Below are positions 18,907 to 27,364 of a stretch of 38,296 nt of DNA, one piece after another. Numbering within the stretch: position 1 is the stretch's first letter; each line of letters starts with the position of its first letter. The stretch comes from a virus (lineage: Duplodnaviria > Caudoviricetes). The position numbers were made by a program, and so were the translations under genes. The notes under the pieces were generated by a model. That model was not told the DNA's origin. It did not search any database and worked only from the letters and a program-made list of their open reading frames with translations. Location of the stretch: positions 1 to 38,296 of IMG/VR virus record IMGVR_UViG_3300047545_000326; one strand, written 5' to 3'.

Positions 18907-20930
18907 TATTGAAATAATTTACGTTTATTACTTGTGAACATTCCACGTGACTCCGTGAAAAGTGTGTTTTTTGGTCGTGATGAGAACAGGGCCTTAGCTC
19001 TGTCATCATTGTTGCCCCCTGCCTTTCCAAATATAGGATCCATTCTCATAGCCTGGGCAATGGCTAATTCTGCTGCTACAATACGGTCAAAGTTTCCTGT
19101 GTCATTGTATTGTACAATCTCTTCCAGTAGGACAGGATCTAGAATTCGTGTAACCCCTGTAATCTCTTTCACAATGTTCCCCTGTTCGTCCTTGTCTACA
19201 TACACCACCTCTTCCATGTATTTCTTCAGACAGTTATGCAAGAAATCTCGAATCTTGTCTGAAGATCTATGCACCCCATAGTCTCGTCTCACTGTTGTAT
19301 TAGGAACCACTTCTTTCAACCAGTCTGGCTGTTTCTCAAGATAGTGGGCATCTCCCTTAGCTTTCATATATTCTATGAAGGAGATGTCATCATTCTCACA
19401 TAGGGTGCGAGCATTGTAAAACTTAATAAGCAATCTAGCTTGCTCTTCCCATGTTTCCTTCTTATCTGGCCTAGCACAATACGAAGCTACGAACATATCC
19501 TGATATTTATCACTAGCAATGTCGTGCATTCTCTTATATATGTAGACAGATCCCAAGGATGTAGAATAGGCAGCTTGTCCTTGTCTGTAGGGATCGACTC
19601 CTGCTACATACAATCCATATGGAGGATTTTCCATAGGGAATTCATATATCACTATTGGGGCATCCTTACTGTCGTTCTGCTTCAGAGGGAAATTGGAGAT
19701 GGGCATTTTGTCTGTAAACTCATGCGAGATCTTCTCTCCATCATTAAACAGAATAACAGGAACCCCTGTGCGTTCCTGATTGATCAACCTAGCTTTCTGA
19801 CGTTTGGCACCCTCAATATCAAAGATGTTCTCACTGGCAGACAAGAAGCACTCATCCACTGTAATGGGATAGTACATCACTTGCTTCAGATAGAGAGTTC
19901 TGTCAGGATGTTTCCTGGCCGCATCTCTTTCTTTCATAATCAATTCCAGAGCTTTATCCTTGTCAGAAATGAACATAGGAATATCGAACAGCTCAGAATC
20001 CTTAGGAAGGGTGATTTCTCTTGTCTCTTCTATATAGTGACCAAGTGTACTCTTATATTTACAATCCTGTCTATAAAGACCAGAAAGGAACAATCCTGTT
20101 GTAGATCCATCCTCGTTCTTTATACCTAGGAAGTTGTTACTCTCAGGGTTGTAGAAGAAGTTTTCAGCATCCTTCCCATTCTCAAAAGCACCACCTGTAC
20201 CCACAAGAATAGGAATGGCTCTCCAACCATTCTTCCCTTTAAATGCTGGTTCTGCAGCTTTGAACGCAGATGAGAATGAATACTTCCCAATCTCGTCCAT
20301 AATAAAACTCTTCGCTGTTGTACCAGCAGCCACCTCTGTGTTATGACCATCCTTGGCGTTACGTATTACAATGTAGCTCCATATCTGATCATCACCATCA
20401 GTGGTCTTATAACCAAGCCTCACTTGGTTGGACCTCCAGGTCTTGTCCAATCTAGGAATGTTAATACCATTCCATAGTTTTCTCAATCCGAAGTCCACTT
20501 TATCCTTCAGTAGGGACAAGTCGTTATCGTTACCACAGACAATTACATTCTGTGTGTTCTTGAACATTATGGCGTTCATACCAAAAAAGGAGCCCTCAAA
20601 CTCAGATTTACCTCCTTGTCTGGCTCCCACTTCCACATATCCTTGTCTGGCTATTCTACAATTCTCTAGATGCTCAGCTCTAATCCATTCATTATCACGT
20701 AGTTCTGGATGACACTCAATACGAATATCGTTTCCATGTTCATCCACATCATCTATTCTAATCCACCAATGATTCAAATGCCAATACAACCATCCAGAAA
20801 TAAACACACCATCAATGGTGACACCACCCAATATCTTAGCCTCCTCCTCTTTAATCAGTTGTTGGTATTCTTCTGTATCTGAAGGGGGCAGTGGTGTAGT
20901 TCTATTTCTAAAAAATACTGGTTGCTTCAT
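18906..20930 (-). CDS. terL: Terminase large subunit
   Basis: Walker A ARQGGKS, Walker B FIMDEIG, coupling motif GTGG, and nuclease motifs AGVDPY and GNFDRIVA. Confidence 0.92.
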   Translation of the reverse strand: MKQPVFFRNRTTPLPPSDTEEYQQLIKEEEAKILGGVTIDGVFISGWLYWHLNHWWIRIDDVDEHGNDIRIECHPELRDNEWIRAEHLENCRIARQGYVEVGARQGGKSEFEGSFFGMNAIMFKNTQNVIVCGNDNDLSLLKDKVDFGLRKLWNGINIPRLDKTWRSNQVRLGYKTTDGDDQIWSYIVIRNAKDGHNTEVAAGTTAKSFIMDEIGKYSFSSAFKAAEPAFKGKNGWRAIPILVGTGGAFENGKDAENFFYNPESNNFLGIKNEDGSTTGLFLSGLYRQDCKYKSTLGHYIEETREITLPKDSELFDIPMFISDKDKALELIMKERDAARKHPDRTLYLKQVMYYPITVDECFLSASENIFDIEGAKRQKARLINQERTGVPVILFNDGEKISHEFTDKMPISNFPLKQNDSKDAPIVIYEFPMENPPYGLYVAGVDPYRQGQAAYSTSLGSVYIYKRMHDIASDKYQDMFVASYCARPDKKETWEEQARLLIKFYNARTLCENDDISFIEYMKAKGDAHYLEKQPDWLKEVVPNTTVRRDYGVHRSSDKIRDFLHNCLKKYMEEVVYVDKDEQGNIVKEITGVTRILDPVLLEEIVQYNDTGNFDRIVAAELAIAQAMRMDPIFGKAGGNNDDRAKALFSSRPKNTLFTESRGMFTSNKRKLFQ

Positions 20931-20932
20931 AG

Positions 20933-21241
20933 TTATGCCATCCTGGCTGGGACATCTTGTTTACCCCTGGCCTCTTTTTTCACTTCTTCTTTCTCACGTA
21001 GTTTCTCAACCACTTCTAATAAGGCAAGGTAGTTTTTCATTGTTTCCTGAACAAACTTACCCTGGGCCTCAATACTAGCAATGACCATTGGAAGCATACC
21101 ACCTTTTGCTGTGGGCTTCCATTCAATCCTGTCTTTTAGTTCGTGCAGAGGGTTGGCATCTACATAAGCTTTCCAACTAGAAAGTTGTTGTTCTGCCCAT
21201 TCCAACTCTGTATTTATAAATGTCTTCTTAGTAGTCGCCAT
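20933..21241 (-). CDS. Hypothetical protein (terminase small subunit candidate)
   Basis: 102-aa helical protein immediately upstream of terL. Function is inferred from position only. Confidence 0.5.
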   Translation of the reverse strand: MATTKKTFINTELEWAEQQLSSWKAYVDANPLHELKDRIEWKPTAKGGMLPMVIASIEAQGKFVQETMKNYLALLEVVEKLREKEEVKKEARGKQDVPARMA

Positions 21242-21512
21242 ATTCCTCTTCCTCTTCTTTTAATATATTCTCCAGATCTTCACCATCCTTAATGATCTGT
21301 TCAAGGTCGTCATCATCATGTGGAACATCCATGTCCAACTCTGCCTTGTACTTCTGAAGGGCAAATAGGAGCTCCTTGTTGGAAAGTCCCCATATATCTC
21401 CATACCCATCTAATGCTGTTGACAAATGTCTTCCCATGTTATAACTGGGATGAGCCTTATGTAAGTCTTTTAAGACATTAAGAATCTGGCTATATTGATC
21501 TCTTTTTGTCAT
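21228..21512 (-). CDS. Hypothetical protein, acidic C-terminus
   Basis: 94 aa; overlaps both neighbours in the operon. Confidence 0.7.
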   Translation of the reverse strand: MTKRDQYSQILNVLKDLHKAHPSYNMGRHLSTALDGYGDIWGLSNKELLFALQKYKAELDMDVPHDDDDLEQIIKDGEDLENILKEEEEEYGDY

Positions 21513-21721
21513 ATCAAATCGTTTAATTCGTCATCACTAATCTCACCCTCTGGGTCAGACGTATAATATTCTTCTCTCACCATAATACCTATCTCATCCT
21601 GCATGTCGTCAGGCACCCCTACAACATCTACAAAGTCTGCTCCCCTTTCATATATCTCCACCAATGTGTCAATAAGAAGCTTAAGAGGTATTTTGCGAAG
21701 TGTTACTTTTTCTTTTGCCAT
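21509..21721 (-). CDS. Hypothetical protein
   Basis: 70 aa; ATGA overlap with the next gene. Confidence 0.7.
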   Translation of the reverse strand: MAKEKVTLRKIPLKLLIDTLVEIYERGADFVDVVGVPDDMQDEIGIMVREEYYTSDPEGEISDDELNDLI

Positions 21722-22005
21722 GATTTTTTAATTTCTTCTTCTTGTTCCTGTGTAAGAACAGCAGTCCAGTTGTTTATAGGACAGCTGCAAGATAGGCATT
21801 TTGTTTTAGCTGACAATGTACATCCACAATTTGTGCAATGTTTGTCAAGGCGAATGGAGCTGTAGTTTTTCCTATTATCAGAGTGATAGTGGCAGTTTTC
21901 GCATATCTTCATTCTCTCCTCGCTGGTCTTCTTGATAAGACCCTTCAACTCCTTGGGCGGAACCAAGTTGTTCCTCCATCCCTCGTAAATCTGTGACAGA
22001 CTCAT
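21703..22005 (-). CDS. Cys-rich putative zinc-binding protein
   Basis: R..IC..C...C..CGC.L..K......CP...W pattern. Confidence 0.7.
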   Translation of the reverse strand: MSLSQIYEGWRNNLVPPKELKGLIKKTSEERMKICENCHYHSDNRKNYSSIRLDKHCTNCGCTLSAKTKCLSCSCPINNWTAVLTQEQEEEIKKSWQKKK

Positions 22006-22345
22006 ATAATTTTGGTTTTAAATCTCTAATGTTATCTAGAGCCACTTGAAGCTTAATCTCCAGACTGTTTCTACGTCTTTCTGACAAGGAAGGATCTTCT
22101 AGCTTCTTGGAGAATAAAGATCGCTGACTTTCAAACTTCTCCATCATCTTCTGAGCTTTCTTTCTATTGAACAGAAACTTACCAAAGCCAGAAATCTCCA
22201 GACTGTCGTTTTCCTTCATAGCTGCATTGGCAGAGCTAAACTGATGTGTCACGACAGCATCAAGTGTTTTCTCAGAGATCATCATCTTCACAGCCATCTT
22301 CCTAATAATAAAATCCTTAACCGACAGACTCTTTGGCTTCTCCAT
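21878..22345 (-). CDS. IHF/HU-like DNA-binding protein
   Basis: DSLEISGFGKF HU/IHF signature preceded by two helices. The C-terminus overlaps the next gene by 128 nt. Confidence 0.7.
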   Translation of the reverse strand: MEKPKSLSVKDFIIRKMAVKMMISEKTLDAVVTHQFSSANAAMKENDSLEISGFGKFLFNRKKAQKMMEKFESQRSLFSKKLEDPSLSERRRNSLEIKLQVALDNIRDLKPKLYESVTDLRGMEEQLGSAQGVEGSYQEDQRGENEDMRKLPLSL

Positions 22346-22682
22346 TTAGTAGTTTTATTTCTAATACAATAGGCTTAGCAAAGTCTAGCACAATAATAGG
22401 ATTCACCTTAATCTTCCCACCATCCTTAATAAACACCCCTAGTTTCTTCAACCTATAAACAAGGTTGTTAATTGTAGCAGATGTTGTATCATGCTTCTCA
22501 CAAAACTCCTTCCTATTATTAGCATATGAAATATTTCCCTTAACAGCTGTAAAGGCTATAAGCTGAATTTCTCTAGGAGTGAGAGTAAGACCATTCACAG
22601 CTGATAGTATACTATAGTATCTCTCAGCTATAGAGAAAAGATCCTTCTCTTCCTTCTTCATCCTTTGTAATATATTTCCCAT
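22317..22682 (-). CDS. Winged-HTH protein (RepL-like)
   Basis: LTPREIQLI...TSATINNLVYRLKKLGVFIK...KVNP. ATG 22682 is preferred to the TTG at 22697, which lies inside the promoter. Confidence 0.6.
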   Translation of the reverse strand: MGNILQRMKKEEKDLFSIAERYYSILSAVNGLTLTPREIQLIAFTAVKGNISYANNRKEFCEKHDTTSATINNLVYRLKKLGVFIKDGGKIKVNPIIVLDFAKPIVLEIKLLNGEAKESVG

Positions 22683-22694
22683 ATGTAATTTATA

Positions 22695-22725
22695 CAAAAT
22701 TAATCTCTTTTATAACATCCTCAAA
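22695..22725 (-). promoter_or_regulatory. Consensus Bacteroidota housekeeping promoter heading the structural module
   Basis: Minus strand TTTG-N19-TAATTTTG, an exact consensus match 12 nt upstream of ATG 22682. Confidence 0.7.
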
Positions 22726-22815
22726 TACAATCTTTTAACCTATTGCTATATTATCCTCATCATTTCCATTATATCTGAAGAATGTGTATTCACAAGGCCC
22801 CCCCTAAATCCCCCC

Positions 22816-22848
22816 CAAAGGTAAAGATGAATAATTAAGAATACCAAA
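22816..22848 (-). promoter_or_regulatory. Second consensus Bacteroidota promoter
   Basis: Minus strand TTTG-N21-TACCTTTG. Confidence 0.55.
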
Positions 22849-23148
22849 TCTTTTTTTCACAAAGAGTAAAGAAAGAGCTTTACTAGATGCTTCATATAGG
22901 AAAGCAATAGCTTTACGACCCATCCGCCACTTCCGCCACGTATAAAATTTTATTTTTTTTTTTTTTTTGAAAATGTTTTATGTGAAAGAGAGGGGAGGGT
23001 ATTCCATCCCAGATCCCCCAGGACATTTTGAGCAGTCGGGGTAGCCCCCGTCAAAAGCTCACAGGGTTCAGACTTTGGGATTAATTTCCCATCCCAAATC
23101 CTTTCGTACAAATCGTCTATTATTTTTTAATCATAAAACAAAAACAAA

Positions 23149-23550
23149 ATGAAAAATTACGTAATCAACAACGGAACGTTCACAGCAAACGGTAACTTCT
23201 CAGGCTACACAGCATTGGGTGAGAGAGTTCACATTTACAATCGTCAAATGCAAGCATTGGGTTGGGATAAACCTGAAGACGTTAAGTTTCCATTCTACGT
23301 GATTGGTACTACAAAGCAAATCGGAGAGCTTGACAGTAACGGTCAGCCTGTAATGAAAGCAGACGGTACGCCTAAGCTTAATGACCGTCTAACAGCTTTG
23401 AGTGCGTTCAAAACTCGTGAAGAAATCAAACAGGCTCACGCTGATAGTGCTCTATTAGACATTGAGATTGCTCAGGAAATTCGTTCACAAGCGTCTACAG
23501 CAGGCTTGAGCGAATCAGCAATCAATGCTCTTGCTAATGCAGCATTCTAA
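23149..23550 (+). CDS. Hypothetical protein, first gene of the plus-strand block
   Basis: 133 aa with an A-rich leader, high-expression codon style and a following hairpin. Confidence 0.8.
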   Translation: MKNYVINNGTFTANGNFSGYTALGERVHIYNRQMQALGWDKPEDVKFPFYVIGTTKQIGELDSNGQPVMKADGTPKLNDRLTALSAFKTREEIKQAHADSALLDIEIAQEIRSQASTAGLSESAINALANAAF

Positions 23551-23558
23551 TATTATTA

Positions 23559-23580
23559 GGACTCTCCTTCGGGGGAGTCC
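23559..23580 (+). terminator. Stem-loop with UUCG loop after the first plus-strand gene
   Basis: GGACTCTCC-TTCG-GGGGAGTCC; there is no clear U-tract. Confidence 0.45.
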
Positions 23581-23828
23581 ATAATATATATAAGGGTGGG
23601 AACAATAGTTCTTTGGGTGGGATATAAGGCAAATCAAAACTTTTTACGGCTATAGTATATACTTTTTCTTTAATACGTCTATTGATAATCAATGAGTTAT
23701 GAAGAATTTGTGTGTGTTAAGCGTGAAGGAGAGAGATGGGGTGAGTACCATCCAGCCCTATTACACCCTATTTACAAAGCATATTTTCTAACAGCTATAA
23801 GGGATAAATATAGCATAAACAAACACAT

Positions 23829-24044
23829 ATGTATCAAGTGATTAATAGAACAGCTAATAAGATTGTAAACTATAAAAGTGTTTGGCCTGAAGGTTTACTA
23901 TCTATTCTACTTGAACAAGGGATGGATGTGATAGTTATTAGTAAATATAATAAGACTATTAAAGTTCCTGTTAAGGTGGAAGAAAATGGTATTGTTAGTT
24001 GGGAATGGAAAGATTATCCTATGGACTTACGTAGTCTTAAATAG
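23829..24044 (+). CDS. Hypothetical protein
   Basis: 71-aa ORF with A-rich leader, followed by a terminator-like hairpin at about 24076-24109. Confidence 0.65.
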   Translation: MYQVINRTANKIVNYKSVWPEGLLSILLEQGMDVIVISKYNKTIKVPVKVEENGIVSWEWKDYPMDLRSLK

Positions 24045-24177
24045 ATTTATATATGTGTGAGTGGTTATTAAGCATGAACAGGGGCTGTGAATGGCCTCTG
24101 TTCTTTTTTACTAGCAGGTGTTAGGGCTAGTGCGTCTGTGTATTTATACATAGGGTCACCAAACAAAACAATTATAT

Positions 24178-24369
24178 ATGAAAACTACTATTAAAATGTT
24201 AGCATTTATTGCTACATGGTTTTTATTCTGGCTATTTATAGCATTAATACCTTATGTGGCTTCAGATATGTCATATAAAGAGTGTCTTAGTCACACAGGA
24301 GTTGGAATGGTCACATTATTCTTAGGATGGATTCCAGCCTTAATTGTTGTATTAGATATGGATAATTAA
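24178..24369 (+). CDS. Small two-helix membrane protein
   Basis: 63 aa with two hydrophobic segments. Confidence 0.7.
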   Translation: MKTTIKMLAFIATWFLFWLFIALIPYVASDMSYKECLSHTGVGMVTLFLGWIPALIVVLDMDN

Positions 24370-24380
24370 AAAAAAATAAT

Positions 24381-24671
24381 ATGTACACAGACAATAGCAC
24401 AACACAAGAGTTTCCCAAGACATTACATGTACGTAATCAAGTGGGAGGATTGATATGGCAGATATACCATGTCAGAAATGAGCATGAAGCTATGATGTTA
24501 GCTCATAATGCTACAAATAATGGCTTTTATGGTATATCATTAGAAGATCATCGTCCTGAGGATCAAGAAACATGGCCAGGATGGAGAGTTAAAGCTGATA
24601 AATCAGTTGTAGGACATGATTATGTACCTACAGAAGAAGAAATAGCTTTACACAAAGCATCCAAATCGTAA
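24381..24671 (+). CDS. Hypothetical protein
   Basis: 96-aa ORF with A-rich leader. Confidence 0.7.
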   Translation: MYTDNSTTQEFPKTLHVRNQVGGLIWQIYHVRNEHEAMMLAHNATNNGFYGISLEDHRPEDQETWPGWRVKADKSVVGHDYVPTEEEIALHKASKS

Positions 24672-24697
24672 TCATTTATTCACCAAAAACAATAAAA

Positions 24698-25048
24698 ATG
24701 GAAACATTTGAAACCACACCAAAAGAGTGCACACCTATTCCAATGAATATGGAAGAAGGACAAATTGAGAAGATACTAAATGTATCTCCAGAAAGAATGG
24801 CATCTATGCAGAAACAAGTGTCTGAAGTGATGTCACATCCTGAGGATTACAAGATTGTTGTACAAAAACCAGAAGGTAGATGTATTGATGGTCCTGTTCT
24901 TTTGGACATTCTTGCTAATAAAATAGCAACAACAGACGCTGAGCGTGTTGTTCTGTTGATTCAGTTTAAGCCTATGACACAAAAGCTTAAACAGATGTAC
25001 ATGAAAGATCCATTAGAATCACTCTTAGATTTATTAAGAAACCATTAA
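24698..25048 (+). CDS. Hypothetical protein (paralog of 25062..25382)
   Basis: 116 aa; shares S.ER...M, G..(L/F)LD...A.T..ER and K.PLE.LL with the next gene. Confidence 0.75.
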   Translation: METFETTPKECTPIPMNMEEGQIEKILNVSPERMASMQKQVSEVMSHPEDYKIVVQKPEGRCIDGPVLLDILANKIATTDAERVVLLIQFKPMTQKLKQMYMKDPLESLLDLLRNH

Positions 25049-25061
25049 AATCACAAAACAC

Positions 25062-25382
25062 ATGGAAAAGATTAAATTACAACACGAAGAAGCTCATTTA
25101 CATCTATCTATTGGCATTTCTGAAGAAAGAACAGATGAGATGTTAAATCAGTGTAAAGCTATTCTTAAGGATGCTAAAAACAATGGCATTATGAATGATG
25201 TCGTTGATGAAGATGGAGACCTTTGTACTAAATTAAATGGCATCAAGTTTTTAGACATGATATTAAATGATGTAGCTCAAACAGAACTTGAACGCATCTA
25301 TTTAGCTGTCAATTTTGATGATATGCTTAAAACATTGCGTCCAAAAAATCCATTAGAACAGTTGTTAAATCAGTTTAAATAA
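25062..25382 (+). CDS. Hypothetical protein (paralog of 24698..25048)
   Basis: 106 aa; same shared motifs as the preceding gene. Confidence 0.75.
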   Translation: MEKIKLQHEEAHLHLSIGISEERTDEMLNQCKAILKDAKNNGIMNDVVDEDGDLCTKLNGIKFLDMILNDVAQTELERIYLAVNFDDMLKTLRPKNPLEQLLNQFK

Positions 25383-25612
25383 TGAAAAAAGTTAGTTACA
25401 AACTCAGAAAAGATGTTCCTATTGAACCACTTCAAGAAAAGCTTAAAGCAGCAGATATTGGCATAGCTGTTCTAAATGAAGAACAACATCATGTAAATGT
25501 AGAATTTTATACATTAAATGGAGAAGACCTTTCTCCTGAAGAAATTCTATCAATGGGAACAGTAATAGGACTTATTGAGTTCTTAGTAAGACTTGAAGCC
25601 TCTAAAAAATAA
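25382..25612 (+). CDS. Hypothetical protein
   Basis: 76 aa; TAATG coupling with the upstream stop. Confidence 0.7.
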   Translation: MKKVSYKLRKDVPIEPLQEKLKAADIGIAVLNEEQHHVNVEFYTLNGEDLSPEEILSMGTVIGLIEFLVRLEASKK

Positions 25613-25696
25613 TTTTCCCCTATCTCAGATTTAAGAATCAACGCCCTTGTATGTCTATGCTGAGGGCCTATTTTATTCACCAAAAATTAAAGCACA

Positions 25697-26521
25697 ATGA
25701 AAACCCAAAACAAAAAAACAACCACAACAGCAAAGAAAACCCCAGTAAAAACAAGAGAAACTATTTTAAAAAACCCTTTAGAGAATCTGAAATGGTTATT
25801 ACCAACAGATACATTAGCATTTTATTTCTTAACAGGTATTAATCGTAGTATCTATCCCAACCAAGTGACAAAACTTGTCAATTCGTTATTAAAAATGGGA
25901 TGCACTAGACCTGTTGTAATAGCATATATGTCATTTATTGACGGTATAAAACGACCGTATATTATTGATGGCCAGCATCTTTTTTATGCTTTACTACGTC
26001 TTGGATTAAAAATTCCATATGTAACAATTGAAATTAAACATAAACAAGAATTAGTTGAAACGATAGCCTTGTTAAATGCATCTTCCAAATCTTGGAGCAT
26101 GATGGAATATGTAACAGCTTGGGGTTCTCTAAAAGATGATTATAAGAAGCTTGAAAAATATTTTAATACATATGATATTGAATTAGGTGTAGTTGCTTCT
26201 GTATTATCTGGACAAATTCCTCGTTCTGGTGTGGGTGGTAGTGAATCTATTGCTAGAAAAATTAAATTAGGTCTTTTCAATATTGTTGATGAGAAAAAGA
26301 ATGTTAAAATTCTTGATTATGTCACAGACATGTTGAATGTTGTACCAAGAGGTGATAGAGCTCAAAACAAATATATTTGTGCTGAGTATATTACTTATTT
26401 AAGAACAACACCTGAATATGATCATCAGAAGTTCTTAAAAAAGCTTAAAGCAATAGATCTTTGCGTACAATTGGCTATCAATGAAAAAGGTAGACTAGTT
26501 GAGATGTTTAATAAACTGTAA
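25697..26521 (+). CDS. ParB/Srx-like N-terminal domain protein
   Basis: NR...V.KL..S....G...PVV...YIIDGQH...A...L pattern; the usual Arg after GQH is Leu here. Confidence 0.7.
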   Translation: MKTQNKKTTTTAKKTPVKTRETILKNPLENLKWLLPTDTLAFYFLTGINRSIYPNQVTKLVNSLLKMGCTRPVVIAYMSFIDGIKRPYIIDGQHLFYALLRLGLKIPYVTIEIKHKQELVETIALLNASSKSWSMMEYVTAWGSLKDDYKKLEKYFNTYDIELGVVASVLSGQIPRSGVGGSESIARKIKLGLFNIVDEKKNVKILDYVTDMLNVVPRGDRAQNKYICAEYITYLRTTPEYDHQKFLKKLKAIDLCVQLAINEKGRLVEMFNKL

Positions 26522-26555
26522 TTCTTTTCGATTGATATTAATTAGTTTCATTTAG

Positions 26556-26583
26556 CCTCTGTGTTTCTACACAGAGGATTTTT
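26556..26583 (+). terminator. Intrinsic terminator-like hairpin
   Basis: CCTCTGTGT-TTCT-ACACAGAGG-ATTTTT. Confidence 0.6.
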
Positions 26584-26604
26584 ATTCACCAAAATAAAAT
26601 CGTT

Positions 26605-26790
26605 ATGCCAACTAAAATAGATGGTAGATTGGTAGATGGTCGTTTTAAGAAGGGTGTAGACAAAGGTGCTATGTCCTCTAATAAAATACCATTACCAGTT
26701 AAACAAAAATATAAACCAATAGAAATGCCTAAAGATGATGTTCCAAAACAAATCATTAGACAACATCTTGCAAAACGTCAATTAAAATAA
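26605..26790 (+). CDS. Small basic hypothetical protein
   Basis: 61 aa preceded by the recurrent TTCACCAAAA leader. Confidence 0.6.
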   Translation: MPTKIDGRLVDGRFKKGVDKGAMSSNKIPLPVKQKYKPIEMPKDDVPKQIIRQHLAKRQLK

Positions 26791-26809
26791 CCCTTAAAAC
26801 CACATTCAC

Positions 26810-26968
26810 ATGGAAAAGTATTTATTAGTCTCTGGTTACACAATCCTATCAGAGATTGTTTGTCATTCAAAAGCATTCGCAGAACGTTATTTCATTAGCC
26901 AAGGATGGGCTATTGGTAATGTTATGTCTGAAGGAGCATATTTCTATGATTTTGCTCCAGTTTGCTAA
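26810..26968 (+). CDS. Small hypothetical protein (52 aa)
   Basis: Manual translation MEKYLLVSGYTILSEIVCHSKAFAERYFISQGWAIGNVMSEGAYFYDFAPVC*; fills the gap between genes. Confidence 0.55.
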   Translation: MEKYLLVSGYTILSEIVCHSKAFAERYFISQGWAIGNVMSEGAYFYDFAPVC

Positions 26969-27040
26969 ACCTTAGTTTTTGGTGAAGTGTGGGGCATAAC
27001 AGCCCTGCGCTTCCCAAATTAATCACCAAAAAAGTTATTT

Positions 27041-27364
27041 ATGAACAATCAAATTGTATTAGAGACATTGAAGCTAATGTTAAAATATAAAAACAATCCA
27101 GATTTCACATCTGGAGGTCTTTGTCTTTGGGTGCTTATGATGAGACATAAACTTTTAATTAGTGAAACTCATCGTATTGAAACTCGTGAATATATACAAC
27201 AAAACAGACCAAAGAGCTTTTCTTGGTTTGAACGTATATTCTGTGGAGGAAGTCCAACCAATCATCATTATTGGAGACCAGGATGTGTAGCACCACGTGT
27301 GAGATGGATAGAGAAACATATTAATTCACTTGCTAAATCTATTGTCAATGAACGTCACAACTAA
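27041..27364 (+). CDS. Hypothetical protein
   Basis: 107 aa with GLC...YW......R..W pattern. Confidence 0.7.
   Translation: MNNQIVLETLKLMLKYKNNPDFTSGGLCLWVLMMRHKLLISETHRIETREYIQQNRPKSFSWFERIFCGGSPTNHHYWRPGCVAPRVRWIEKHINSLAKSIVNERHN

Noticed and set aside
587-21078. Plus-strand ORFs in the structural module (e.g. 587..841, 1216..1536, 16339..17013, 19440..20129) and off-frame minus-strand ORFs 12643..12846, 18087..18278 and 20126..20350
   Set aside because: These are antisense or off-frame shadows of long, motif-bearing minus-strand genes, with no recognisable motifs.
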